The notes beneath the pieces were generated by a model that saw only the letters and a program-made list of their open reading frames with translations, did not search any database and had not been told where the DNA came from. Made by a program: the position numbers and the translations under genes. A stretch of DNA of 64,000 nt from an uncultured Aquiluna sp. (GTDB lineage: Bacteria; Actinomycetota; Actinomycetes; Actinomycetales; Microbacteriaceae). The DNA is taken from NCBI GenBank assembly GCA_913775595.1, contig CAJYLB010000001.1:682001-746000 (forward strand), read 5' to 3'. Shown here in pieces: positions 20,093 to 29,740 of this stretch; within the stretch, counting starts at the first letter, position 1; each line of letters opens with the position of its first letter.

Positions 20093-21106
20093 CTATGAAG
20101 TCCTGAGCTCATCTATCACTGCAGCAAGACTCAGCCCCGATTCGGCGGCTATCTCATCCGGATATTGCGCCCCCGCCCGCATCGCGTCTTGAATTCTCTT
20201 CTGGTTCATGCTCAGCTCGGCAACCGCCGAGCCGAACGGGTAAGGCTTAGCAATGCCCTCTGCAATCATTGCGTTCGCTCCTCTCGCTGGAGCAAACGCC
20301 CATGGCCCGGGAATGGCGAAGACTTCTCTGCCGATGACCCGAGCGTGGTTTGCAGTGTTTCGAGTGCCCGAGCGATAGCCGGCCTCAACGATATAGGTCG
20401 CGTTGCCTGCTGCAGCAATTAGGCGATTGCGCTGAAGAAATCGAAACCTTGACGGGGTAGTGCCTGGAGCAACCTCACTCGCGAGTGCGCCACCAGCGCG
20501 AACCAAATCATGGAAGAGCTCCCAGTTTGCCTGCGGGTATGCCTTATCGATGCCCCCGGCCATGAATGCGATGGTTGGGAGGCCCGACTCGACTGCGGCT
20601 GAATGGGCTTGCGCATCAATCCCGACCGCCCCACCAGAGACAACAGGCCTTCCAAGCTCCCGAACCAGTCTCTTTGCGTTTGCAAGTCCAGTAGAAGAAG
20701 GCGAACGGGTCCCAACTATCGAGACCGACTCCCCCGCCAATATCTCTGGATCGCCCGCAACCCAGAGCAAATAAGGGCGGTGTGGTCCGAGGGCTGACAG
20801 ACCTCGGAACAGCCGAGGATGTTGATCTTCAAAATAGACTCGCGCATTCCAGCGAATACCCCGCTCGATGCGGTCTATGAGGTTTATCCTTGGAAGCCGA
20901 AGTGAAACTCTCTCAATGAGCTCGCCGACCTGGCCCCGATACTCCTCAGAGACTATTTCCGACCAGACATCGCGGGCACATCCGGATCTAAAGTCCTCCA
21001 AGGCCTTCGGACCACGAGCCTCAAATATCTCTCGTGCCAGCGAGTCACCGGGCTCATGAAGCATTGACCAAAGAATGGTCTTTTCTTGGTCGTTTGTTAG
21101 TTGCAT
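20093..21106 (-). CDS. dprA: DNA-processing protein DprA
   Basis: SIVGTR, VVSGGAVGIDAQAH, FLQRNRLIAA, VEAGYRSG, REVFAIPG. Confidence 0.92.
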   Translation of the reverse strand: MQLTNDQEKTILWSMLHEPGDSLAREIFEARGPKALEDFRSGCARDVWSEIVSEEYRGQVGELIERVSLRLPRINLIDRIERGIRWNARVYFEDQHPRLFRGLSALGPHRPYLLWVAGDPEILAGESVSIVGTRSPSSTGLANAKRLVRELGRPVVSGGAVGIDAQAHSAAVESGLPTIAFMAGGIDKAYPQANWELFHDLVRAGGALASEVAPGTTPSRFRFLQRNRLIAAAGNATYIVEAGYRSGTRNTANHARVIGREVFAIPGPWAFAPARGANAMIAEGIAKPYPFGSAVAELSMNQKRIQDAMRAGAQYPDEIAAESGLSLAAVIDELRTS

Positions 21107-21178
21107 GGCTGCCTCCTTGGAGGCAGTCTGCTTTAGCTAGGAGTAGGGGATGCTGACGCAGCCATAAGCTGTGAAAAA

Positions 21179-21508
21179 CTAGGGCTGATCGCCGACTGCT
21201 AATTCCTCGGGGATTTCTAGTTCTTGACTTCCGATTTCCTCGACATTCACGTCTTTGAATGTCATGACTTTCACTTGTTTGACGAACCTGTCAGTTCGAT
21301 AGATGTCCCAAACCCAGACATCTTGCATGTTCAGCTCGAAGTAGAAATCGGTCTCTGTATCTATGCGCTTTAGCTCAACGTCGTTGCACAGGTAGAAGCG
21401 TCGCTCTGTCTCAACGACGTAGCGAAACATCTTCACTACGTCGCGGTATTCGCGGTAGAGGCTGAGCTCGGCGTCGCGGTCGTAGTCTTCGAAGTCGTTT
21501 TCGTCCAT
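21179..21508 (-). CDS. DUF2469-family actinobacterial protein
   Basis: ELSLYREYRDVV, YVVETERRFYL, DVWVWDIYR, TFKDVNVEE. Confidence 0.85.
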   Translation of the reverse strand: MDENDFEDYDRDAELSLYREYRDVVKMFRYVVETERRFYLCNDVELKRIDTETDFYFELNMQDVWVWDIYRTDRFVKQVKVMTFKDVNVEEIGSQELEIPEELAVGDQP

Positions 21509-21632
21509 TTCTCTTTCAGTCTAAGCCCAGATAACCGCACAAAATTTCCCAGCGGCTAACAAGTGACGGCTGGCGGTTTTCGAGGTGCTCAAGGTGCTTT
21601 AGGCTATTGAAATCAAAGAGAGGGATTGCGTT

Positions 21633-22913
21633 TTGACTTCTGCTGAAACCCAAAAGGTTGTAATCAGAGTTGGTGAAAAAGAAGCAGAGCTTCCGGTTGT
21701 TAGGGCAACCGATGGTGCCAGCGGTATTGACATCAAGGGCCTCATGGCCACAACTGGCATGAGCACCTACGACCAAGGATTCGTAAACACCTCGTCAACT
21801 ACCTCTGCAATCACCTACATAGACGGTGAAGCTGGGATTCTCCGCTATCGCGGCTACCCCATTGAAGAGCTCGCAGCAAATAAGTCTTTCTTGGATGTTG
21901 CTCACCTGCTTATCTACGGTGAGCTACCAAACAAGGATGAGTTTGCAAAATTCGATGACACAATCCGCAAGCACACCCTGCTTCACGAGAACCTGAAGGA
22001 CTTCTTCCGGGCCTTTCCTCCAAGCGCCCACCCGATGGCGATAATCTCGGCTGCTGTCTCGGCCCTCAGCACTTTTTATCCAGATTCTCTGGACCCCAAG
22101 GACCCTCAGCAGGTCGAGATCTCAACCATCAGGCTTCTTGCAAAGATGCCAGTGATTGCTGCCTATGCACACAAGACCTCGGTAGGCCAGGCGCTGATGT
22201 ACCCAGATAACTCGCTTTCCATGGTTGAAAACTTCCTCATGATGACCTTTGGCACCAGGGCTGAGAAGTACACCCAGAACCCCGTTGTAACAAAAGCTCT
22301 GGATACCCTCCTCCTCCTGCATGCAGATCACGAACAGAACTGCAGCACCTCCACGGTCAGGCTCGTGGGATCTTCAAACGCAAATCTTTTTGCTTCGGTC
22401 TCTGCAGGTGTAAACGCACTGTTTGGACCCCTTCATGGTGGTGCGAATGAGGCTGTGCTCGACATGCTCGAATTCATCCAGGACTCTGGGGAGTCGGTCG
22501 AGAAGTATGTTGAGCGCGTGAAGAACAAAGAGGACGGCATCAGGCTCATGGGCTTTGGCCATCGCGTCTACAAGTCATTTGACCCAAGAGCAAAGATCGT
22601 CAAAGCAACCGCAGATCAGGTGCTTGACGAGCTCGGAATCGACGACCCAATGCTCGAGATTGCAAAGGAACTAGAGGCCGCTGCTTTGAGGGATGACTAC
22701 TTTGTGGAGAGAAAGCTCTATCCAAACGTGGACTTCTATACGGGAGTTATTTACAAAGCCATGGGCTTCACTCCAAAGATGTTCACCCCGCTATTTGCAA
22801 TCGGTAGGTTGCCAGGCTGGATCGCCCACTGGCGCGAGATGATGGCTGACGACAGCACTCGTATTGGCCGCCCGCAGCAGGTTTACATCGGGGCTACTGC
22901 TCGCTCCGTCTAA
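21633..22913 (+). CDS. gltA: Citrate synthase (type II)
   Basis: ITYIDGEAGILRYRGY, HADHEQNCST, GPLHGGANE, MGFGHRVYK, YPNVDFY. Confidence 0.96.
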   Translation: MTSAETQKVVIRVGEKEAELPVVRATDGASGIDIKGLMATTGMSTYDQGFVNTSSTTSAITYIDGEAGILRYRGYPIEELAANKSFLDVAHLLIYGELPNKDEFAKFDDTIRKHTLLHENLKDFFRAFPPSAHPMAIISAAVSALSTFYPDSLDPKDPQQVEISTIRLLAKMPVIAAYAHKTSVGQALMYPDNSLSMVENFLMMTFGTRAEKYTQNPVVTKALDTLLLLHADHEQNCSTSTVRLVGSSNANLFASVSAGVNALFGPLHGGANEAVLDMLEFIQDSGESVEKYVERVKNKEDGIRLMGFGHRVYKSFDPRAKIVKATADQVLDELGIDDPMLEIAKELEAAALRDDYFVERKLYPNVDFYTGVIYKAMGFTPKMFTPLFAIGRLPGWIAHWREMMADDSTRIGRPQQVYIGATARSV

Positions 22914-23463
22914 AGATCATCAACTTCGTATCTCCGTAGGTCTTTTCGCTCTCAAGCTCCAGGGATCCCTCGCGCTGAGGAGTATCCGACTTGCTTGATA
23001 GCTCAAGAACAAAACGCCCCTGGGGCCTTAGAACCGGCCCCACCAAGGACAGCAGCTTGGCGCTCAGGTCTTTGTCGTAGGGAGGGTCTGCAAAAACCAG
23101 GTCAAACTCCTTGGTTGTCCCCGCAAGGTAAGCGAGCGCATCAGAGAGCTTTATCTCCATGGGTGGTCTCACTCCCGCGGCCGACAACGCGCTGCCAACA
23201 CTCGCTGCGTTTTTTAGGCAAACATTCAGGGCGGGCCTGGCAGCCTCAACGGCGGTAAGGCTCCGGGCTCCCCTGGACAGTGCTTCGAGCCCAAGAGCCC
23301 CGGATCCAGCGAAGAGGTCCAAGACATCCGCTGAATCAATTGCATCCTTTGTTTCCAGGGTGGCAAAGAGGCTCTCTTTGACCCGGTCAGAGGTTGGTCT
23401 CGTGCCAGAAGGAGCGGGTGAGAGCCTGATTGAGCCGGCTAAACCGCTGATAATCCTGCTCAT
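22894..23463 (-). CDS. rsmD: 16S rRNA m2G966 methyltransferase RsmD
   Basis: TRPTSDRVKESLF, VLDLFAGSGALGLEALSRGA, DPPY, YGDT. Confidence 0.93.
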   Translation of the reverse strand: MSRIISGLAGSIRLSPAPSGTRPTSDRVKESLFATLETKDAIDSADVLDLFAGSGALGLEALSRGARSLTAVEAARPALNVCLKNAASVGSALSAAGVRPPMEIKLSDALAYLAGTTKEFDLVFADPPYDKDLSAKLLSLVGPVLRPQGRFVLELSSKSDTPQREGSLELESEKTYGDTKLMIFRRSEQ

Positions 23464-23511
23464 AAGGTGAGCCTAGCCAAATTGTTTGAGTGAAGGCTCC
23501 AAGATTGTTCT

Positions 23512-25608
23512 GTGCTGGATAAAGGCAGGAAACTGAGCGATCTTCTCGGCGAGAAGACCGCAAAGGCTTTTGCCCGCCATCTTGGACTCACTTTTGAGGG
23601 TGAGCTGTTGGAGCACTACCCCCGAAGATACGCAAAGCGGGGGCAACTAACCGACATTTCCTCGCTGCCGGTGGGAGAAATTGCCACAGTTGTTGGAGAG
23701 GTAGTCAAGACCTCCTCCCGCTACACCAAGGGAAGAGCGGGAAGCATTCTTGAGGTCGTGATTACTGACGGCAGTTCCCTGATGACACTTGCTTTTTTCA
23801 ACCAGGCCTGGCGCAAGGATCAACTCAAGGAGGGAAAGCGAGGCTTCTTTTCAGGCAAGGTTGGACTCTTCTCTGGCAAGCTCCAGCTCACCCACCCAGA
23901 CTATGAAATCTTTGAAGAGATCGATGATCAGCAAGCCAAGGCTTGGGCTGAACTTCCGATCCCCATTTACCCCGCGAGCGGCAGCATCCCAAGCTGGAAG
24001 ATCCAAAAGGTAGTTGCTCAGATCATTAACTCTTCTGAGATTACTGAGCTCTTGGAAGATAGCCTGCTCTCAAGCCGGGGTCTTAGCTCGCTATCGGATT
24101 CAATAAGGAACATCCACCTCCCACAGCGGGACAGCGACTACCTTGCGGCAAGAGAAAGCCTGAAGTTTCACGAGGCACTGCTTTTGCAACTGGGGCTTTT
24201 GCAATCGAGGGCGACAAAGGAGTCGGACTCTGCTCTAGTTTTTGATCAATCGAAGTTGGCGATGCAATTTGATAAGCAGCTCGATTTTGAATACACCTCG
24301 GGACAGAAAGAGGTGATTGCGGAGATAGCCGCCGACCTAGTTTCCGGACACCCGATGCACAGATTGTTGCAGGGAGAAGTCGGATCCGGAAAGACCGTAA
24401 TTGCCCTTAGGACAGTGCTGGAAGCCGCAGCTCAAGGCCACCAGGCGGCCCTGTTGGCCCCCACAGAAGTGCTTGCCGAGCAGCACTACACATCGACCCT
24501 GAAGACTTTGGGTCCCGAGTTGGCGGATCAGCTTGGGGTGAGACTGTTGAAGGGTTCTCTCCCAGCCTCGGAGCGAAAGAAGGCGCTTTTAGACATCGCC
24601 AGCGGTAAGTGCCTCCTGGCTATTGGCACACATGCTCTCATTGCCGAGAAGGTTACCTTCGCGGATCTTGGACTTGTGATCATCGATGAGCAACACAGGT
24701 TTGGCGTTGGGCAGCGAGAGCTATTGAGATCCAAGGCCAAGCAGCCTCCTCACGTGCTGACCATGACGGCCACCCCTATTCCTAGGACCGTGGCCATTAC
24801 AACCTTTGGAGATTTGGACATCTCGACGCTTACAGAGCTTCCTGCAGGTAGGCAAGAGATTGAAACATTTGTGGTTCCCGTTGGCAATCCTGCACTCGTA
24901 TCTCGAGTCTGGGCGAGAGTGGCGGAGGAACTGGATGCTGGGCGCCAAGCGTTTGTCGTCTGCCCAAGAATTGCAGGTAGCGAATATGACGGCAACATCG
25001 AGGGGGAATCGGATGTCCCACCAGCCGCAGCTGAGGAGGTGTTCGAAAGCCTCGGCAGAAACCCCTCACTGGCCGGCCACACCCTTGGCCTTCTGCATGG
25101 GCAACTTTCGAGCGAGGAAAAGTCTGATGTAATGCAGGCATTTTCGGCGGGCGAAGTCGATGTCTTAGTTTCCACAACCGTGATCGAGGTCGGCGTTAAC
25201 GTCCCAAACGCTACTGCAATGGTTATTCTCGATGCAGACAGGTTCGGCATCTCCCAGCTTCACCAGCTCCGAGGCAGGGTCGGCAGAGGCCAACATAAAG
25301 GAATATGTCTGCTTGTTTCAGCGGCGGAAGAAGGCACATTAGCCGCCAAGCGCCTTGCGGCCTTGGCTGAGACGCTAGATGGCTTCAAGTTGAGCGAGTT
25401 GGACCTTGAACTAAGAGGCGAGGGAGATGTCCTTGGCAATAACCAGTCCGGAAGACGAAGTCAGTTGAAACTGCTCAGAGTCACCAAAGATGCTGATCTC
25501 ATCCGCGAGACCAGAGCACTCGCCCAGGACCTGCTCAGCGCAGGACTTGGGGAGCGACTGAGCTCCAAGCTCACAGAGCTAGAGGCACAGGCGCTGGAAC
25601 GCAGCTAA
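23512..25608 (+). CDS. recG: ATP-dependent DNA helicase RecG
   Basis: LLQGEVGSGKT, DEQHRFGV, MTATPIPRT, QLHQLRGRVGRG, DLELRGEG. Confidence 0.96.
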   Translation: MLDKGRKLSDLLGEKTAKAFARHLGLTFEGELLEHYPRRYAKRGQLTDISSLPVGEIATVVGEVVKTSSRYTKGRAGSILEVVITDGSSLMTLAFFNQAWRKDQLKEGKRGFFSGKVGLFSGKLQLTHPDYEIFEEIDDQQAKAWAELPIPIYPASGSIPSWKIQKVVAQIINSSEITELLEDSLLSSRGLSSLSDSIRNIHLPQRDSDYLAARESLKFHEALLLQLGLLQSRATKESDSALVFDQSKLAMQFDKQLDFEYTSGQKEVIAEIAADLVSGHPMHRLLQGEVGSGKTVIALRTVLEAAAQGHQAALLAPTEVLAEQHYTSTLKTLGPELADQLGVRLLKGSLPASERKKALLDIASGKCLLAIGTHALIAEKVTFADLGLVIIDEQHRFGVGQRELLRSKAKQPPHVLTMTATPIPRTVAITTFGDLDISTLTELPAGRQEIETFVVPVGNPALVSRVWARVAEELDAGRQAFVVCPRIAGSEYDGNIEGESDVPPAAAEEVFESLGRNPSLAGHTLGLLHGQLSSEEKSDVMQAFSAGEVDVLVSTTVIEVGVNVPNATAMVILDADRFGISQLHQLRGRVGRGQHKGICLLVSAAEEGTLAAKRLAALAETLDGFKLSELDLELRGEGDVLGNNQSGRRSQLKLLRVTKDADLIRETRALAQDLLSAGLGERLSSKLTELEAQALERS

Positions 25609-26237
25609 AAAAGACCCAGGTCTTTACTAAGAATCTTTTCGAGCCAGCTGGTCCTGTGGTGCGGCGATGGCCCTAGCGATTGAATCGCAGCTATGTGCGA
25701 GGGTGAGCTGTAGCCCTTGTTCGAATCCCAACCGTATTCAGGAAAGTCCTTTGCGAGCTCCGTCATGATGGCGTCTCGTTCCACCTTGGCGACAATCGAT
25801 GCTGCAGCAACACTGCCGCAGTCTCTGTCCGCTTTGGTTTTCACAACCACCCGCATCCCAACATTTCCGAGCCAGTTGTGTGACCCGTCTAGGAGGACAA
25901 TTGCATCTTCAAATTTGAGCTTGTCTAGAGCCTGTAAAGCTGCATGTCTGAGTGCAAAGTTGATACCTTTTTCCTCGATCACTGATACATCTGACAGTCC
26001 GATGGCGCTGACACCCCAAGCCCTAACCTCGTCTGCCGCTTCCATGCGCTTTGCTTCGGCAATAAGTTTTGAGTCTCTAACCGTTTCAGGTTGAGAATCC
26101 AAGAGGTCTGGGGTTAGAAGGAAGGCTCCAACCCCAACTGGACCTGCTAGTGCTCCCCTGCCAACCTCATCGATGCCAATAATGGCCAAGCTGTCATCGA
26201 GCAGCGACCGCTCAAAGTCAAGGGTTGGGTACGTCAA
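25605..26237 (-). CDS. rnhB: Ribonuclease HII
   Basis: GIDEVGRGALAGPV, RDSK, LLDG, VAAASIVAKVERD, NKGY. Confidence 0.95.
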   Translation of the reverse strand: MTYPTLDFERSLLDDSLAIIGIDEVGRGALAGPVGVGAFLLTPDLLDSQPETVRDSKLIAEAKRMEAADEVRAWGVSAIGLSDVSVIEEKGINFALRHAALQALDKLKFEDAIVLLDGSHNWLGNVGMRVVVKTKADRDCGSVAAASIVAKVERDAIMTELAKDFPEYGWDSNKGYSSPSHIAAIQSLGPSPHHRTSWLEKILSKDLGLF

Positions 26238-26967
26238 TGAAAGTCTCTGGGTGGTTTGTCAAGAGCTCCCAGTTTTCAACTGGCCAGCTCACTACAAAAG
26301 CTCTTCCTACAACAACCTCGATAGGAACAAAGCCTTTTGTGGGGAGGTCTTGGTGATACCTCGAATCCGTGGAATTTGGTCTGTTGTCGCCCATGACCCA
26401 GAAGTGGCCTTCCGGAACAACCACATCAAACTCGAGCTCCGATGCAGCTGCATCACCTCGAATGTAGGGCTCGTCAATCGATACGCCATTGATGCTGAGC
26501 CTTCCATCCGCGTCGCAACAAACCACTCGATCACCCGGCAGACCTATCACTCTTTTCACGAGGTGCTCTGCGGAGTCTGGAGCCGTTATGCCAAAGGTCC
26601 CGAGAACGAAGTCGGTGATTTCGGTCAGTGTGTCCTTCTCTTGGGTAGGAATAGCTCCGAGCCAGCCACCAGGGTCTCTAAAAACCGCTACGTCACCTCT
26701 TTCGAGGGGCATAACCTCAGGCGCGAGGACATTCACAATGATTCGGTCGTTTATCTCAAGCGTGTCGAGCATTGACCCAGAGGGTATGAAAAAGCTTCGA
26801 ATTAGAAACGCCTTGATGACTACAGAGAGGACGAGTGCAGTTCCAACAATGACCGTGAAGTCAATCAGGAAGCTCAGAAAAGCGTTCTTGCGGGCTCGCC
26901 GAAATGATCTGCGCCAACGCGCGGATAGTGAATTACTGCGGGGTCTGCGACTCCCGGATAACGACAT
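26218..26967 (-). CDS. lepB: Signal peptidase I
   Basis: IPSGSM catalytic Ser, LVKRVIGLPGD, MGDNRPNSTDSRY. Confidence 0.95.
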   Translation of the reverse strand: MSLSGSRRPRSNSLSARWRRSFRRARKNAFLSFLIDFTVIVGTALVLSVVIKAFLIRSFFIPSGSMLDTLEINDRIIVNVLAPEVMPLERGDVAVFRDPGGWLGAIPTQEKDTLTEITDFVLGTFGITAPDSAEHLVKRVIGLPGDRVVCCDADGRLSINGVSIDEPYIRGDAAASELEFDVVVPEGHFWVMGDNRPNSTDSRYHQDLPTKGFVPIEVVVGRAFVVSWPVENWELLTNHPETFIDVPNP

Positions 26968-26981
26968 AGCGCCTAGTTTAC

Positions 26982-27332
26982 TTAGGCGTTCTCTCGCTTC
27001 TCACGAATCTTTGCAGCCTTACCGCGGAGGTCGCGAAGGTAGTAGAGCTTTGCCCTGCGGACATCTCCCTTAGTTACAACCTCGATCTTTTCGATGACTG
27101 GGCTGTGAACTGGGAAGGTACGCTCCACGCCCACCTGGAATGAAATCTTGCGAACGGTGAAGGTCTCACGAACTCCATGGCCGCTTCTGGAGATTACGAC
27201 TCCCTGGAAGACCTGGACACGGCTGCGGTTACCCTCAACGATGTTGACGTGAACCTTTACGTTATCTCCGGCACGGAATTCTGGAATGTCGCTCCTGAGG
27301 CTCTTGGCATCAACTGAGTCGAGAATGTGCAT
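26982..27332 (-). CDS. rplS: 50S ribosomal protein L19
   Basis: [38 protein letters not shown]. Confidence 0.97.
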   Translation of the reverse strand: MHILDSVDAKSLRSDIPEFRAGDNVKVHVNIVEGNRSRVQVFQGVVISRSGHGVRETFTVRKISFQVGVERTFPVHSPVIEKIEVVTKGDVRRAKLYYLRDLRGKAAKIREKRENA

Positions 27333-27461
27333 TTTCTGCTCTTTCCTTTAGCGCGCAGGTCTAAATGGCTAATTAGTTCCTAGGTTTGTGCTCTTTGCTC
27401 CCCTGCGGCAGAACCTCCGGGCACAGCGTCAAATTCTGCCACAGTCAGGCTCTAACGGCAA

Positions 27462-28145
27462 CTAGTTATCGAGTAAGTCCGGCCGATTCTCTTTGGTTCT
27501 CTCGAGCGATTGCGCCTTGCGCCACTTGTCGATCTCTGCATGGTGACCAGAAAGGAGCACTTCCGGAACCTCTAGGCCCCTCCAGGATTGCGGTTTGGTA
27601 TAGCTGGGTGCCTCAAGCAGCCCAGCGTTGTGCGACTCCTCCGAAAGTGATTCGTTGTTGCCGATCACTCCAGGAATCAGCCTCGTAATCGCCTCGATCA
27701 TTGCCACGGCGGCAACTTCACCACCATTGAGAACATAATCGCCGATAGAGATCTCATGAGCCTCCCCTATCGTGCCCGCATACTCAACTACTCTCTGATC
27801 AATGCCCTCGTAACGACCGCAGGCAAAGACCAAGTGTTCTCGCGATGCGAAGTCCTCGGCCAGCGCTTGCGTAAATGGCCGGCCTGCCGGAGAGGTAAAA
27901 ATCACGACTGGGTTCTTATCGCCGACGACATCGTCCAAGGCCTCACCCCAAGGCTCGGGTTTCATAAGCATCCCCGCTCCCCCGCCATAGGGGGTATCGT
28001 CCACAGTCTTGTGCCTGTCGTGGGTCCAAGACCTCAGGTTATGAGCCTGGAACGAAATCAGGCCTGCTTCTCTAGCCTTCCCAAGCAGAGAGATCTCCAG
28101 AACGTCAAAGAATTCGGGAAATATGCTGATCGCATCAATCTTCAT
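27462..28145 (-). CDS. trmD: tRNA (m1G37) methyltransferase TrmD
   Basis: [43 protein letters not shown]. Confidence 0.96.
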   Translation of the reverse strand: MKIDAISIFPEFFDVLEISLLGKAREAGLISFQAHNLRSWTHDRHKTVDDTPYGGGAGMLMKPEPWGEALDDVVGDKNPVVIFTSPAGRPFTQALAEDFASREHLVFACGRYEGIDQRVVEYAGTIGEAHEISIGDYVLNGGEVAAVAMIEAITRLIPGVIGNNESLSEESHNAGLLEAPSYTKPQSWRGLEVPEVLLSGHHAEIDKWRKAQSLERTKENRPDLLDN

Positions 28146-28704
28146 GGCCGTCAGCTAACTCTTCGAACAAGCCTCCAGGGGGCGTGATGACAATCTTTGA
28201 CTCTTCGACATTCACCTCGGGCACGAATGCCTTCACAAAAGGCAGGAGTACTTCTTTGTCACCAGAGGTTATTGCCAACAAATCCTGGGCTGGCATGTGA
28301 TCCACCCTCGAAATCTCGCCGACAATCTGGCCATCTCGTTCAACTCTTAGGCCGACCAGCTGCTGGTCATACCATGCTTCAGGTTCTGCAGGAGTTGCCG
28401 ACAGATCCGCTTCCACCAGCAAGATTGCCCGAATCAAACTCTCTGCTTGTGTCCTATCGCTCACTCCCTCAAGAAATAGCACGGGCATGGTGTTGTACCA
28501 ACGAAGTTCACTGACGGTAACGTGCTTGCCGTGCCAAGGAGACTCTTTTGGAACTTGCAGTTCAAGAACGGTGCCTGGCTTAAATCGCTCGTTTGGAGAG
28601 TCGGTATAGAGCTCTAGCTTGATAGCTCCTTTGAGGCCGTGCGCTTTTAGCAGGCGGCCAACCCGAAGCTTGGTGGTGCTAGTAATCGGTGTCCACCACG
28701 TCAA
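28135..28704 (-). CDS. rimM: Ribosome maturation factor RimM (start uncertain)
   Basis: [31 protein letters not shown]; lies between khpA and trmD. Confidence 0.9.
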   Translation of the reverse strand: MTWWTPITSTTKLRVGRLLKAHGLKGAIKLELYTDSPNERFKPGTVLELQVPKESPWHGKHVTVSELRWYNTMPVLFLEGVSDRTQAESLIRAILLVEADLSATPAEPEAWYDQQLVGLRVERDGQIVGEISRVDHMPAQDLLAITSGDKEVLLPFVKAFVPEVNVEESKIVITPPGGLFEELADGHED

Positions 28705-28915
28705 CTCGAATGCGCTTACCTCCCGCAAGAGCATTCACAATTGTTCTTAGCGCATTAGCTGTTCTGCCGCCCTTGCCGATGACCCTACCTAGGTCGTCAG
28801 GGTGCACGCGGACCTCCAGTAACTCGCTCTTAGCGATAGTGCGCAGCTCAACAGTCGCATCCTCAGGATTGTCGACAATTGCTCGCACAAGATGCTGGAG
28901 GGTCGCCTGCAACAT
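28679..28915 (-). CDS. khpA: KH-domain RNA-binding protein KhpA
   Basis: LEVRVHPDDLGRVIGKGGRTANALR; rpsP-khpA-rimM context. Confidence 0.92.
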   Translation of the reverse strand: MLQATLQHLVRAIVDNPEDATVELRTIAKSELLEVRVHPDDLGRVIGKGGRTANALRTIVNALAGGKRIRVDVVDTDY

Positions 28916-28917
28916 AA

Positions 28918-29592
28918 TTACTCGCTCTTTGGCTCTTTTGCTGCCTCAGCAGCAGGTGCCTCTTCGGCTGGTGCTTCCTCTGCCGGTGCTTCTGCAGCAG
29001 GAGCTTCCTCAGCTGGTGCTTCCTCTGCCGGTACTTCTGCAACAGGAGTTTCATCAGCAGGGGCCTCATCGGCAGGGGCCTCTGCGGCAGGTACTTCTTC
29101 AGCTGGGGTTTCTGCGGCCGCTTCAGCTGGTGTCTCAGTGGCAGCCTCTTCGGCAGGAGCTTCAGCTACTGGAGTCTCTACTGCTGGTGCATCAGCCGCA
29201 GGTGCTTCAGCTGCTGAGGCCTCTTCCTTGACAGGCTCTGGCTTCTTCTCTTCCTTTGGAAGGATTACGGACTTCTTCTTAGTGTCCGCGGTGAAAGCTT
29301 CTTTTGTCGCCTGAGGCTTTACGGTGTTCTTCTTCTCACCCTTTTCGTTGGCGAGGTCGCCAGTCAGCTTCAGGATTGCAACAGCTGGCTCGGTTGGCTG
29401 CGCACCAACTGAGAGCCAGTACTGAGCTCGTTCAGAATTAACCTCGATGATTGAGGGGTCGGTGGTTGGCACGTAGCGGCCAATCTCCTCTATGACTCTT
29501 CCGTCACGGTGTGTTTTTGAATCGGCTACCACGATGCGGTAGTGGGGGTTGCGCTTCTTACCAATGCGCTTTAGGCGGATCTTTACAGCCAC
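28918..29592 (-). CDS. rpsP: 30S ribosomal protein S16 with acidic repetitive C-terminal tail
   Basis: [37 protein letters not shown]. Confidence 0.96.
   Translation of the reverse strand: MAVKIRLKRIGKKRNPHYRIVVADSKTHRDGRVIEEIGRYVPTTDPSIIEVNSERAQYWLSVGAQPTEPAVAILKLTGDLANEKGEKKNTVKPQATKEAFTADTKKKSVILPKEEKKPEPVKEEASAAEAPAADAPAVETPVAEAPAEEAATETPAEAAAETPAEEVPAAEAPADEAPADETPVAEVPAEEAPAEEAPAAEAPAEEAPAEEAPAAEAAKEPKSE
28940..29225 (-). repeat. Degenerate ~15-nt tandem repeat encoding EAPAE/ETPAE pentapeptides in the S16 tail
   Basis: Translation ...[22 protein letters not shown]...[13 protein letters not shown]. Confidence 0.8.
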
Positions 29593-29740
29593 AATTCTCC
29601 TGTGAGTTTAGGGGCGAGGCTCCACCGTGAGCGTGGGGGCACACTCGGAGGCTTCTCAGGGTTTTTCGTACGTCTTGATAGAGGGTCGAGACGATCGAAC
29701 AGAGAAGAAGTCTGCCAGAAAAAACCTTATTTGGCTAGTT

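Noticed and set aside
28892..29314. Plus-strand ORFs rich in ASSAG repeats; possible CRISPR or repeat array
   Set aside because: Antisense shadow of the S16 EAPAE repeats; no constant repeat with unique spacers
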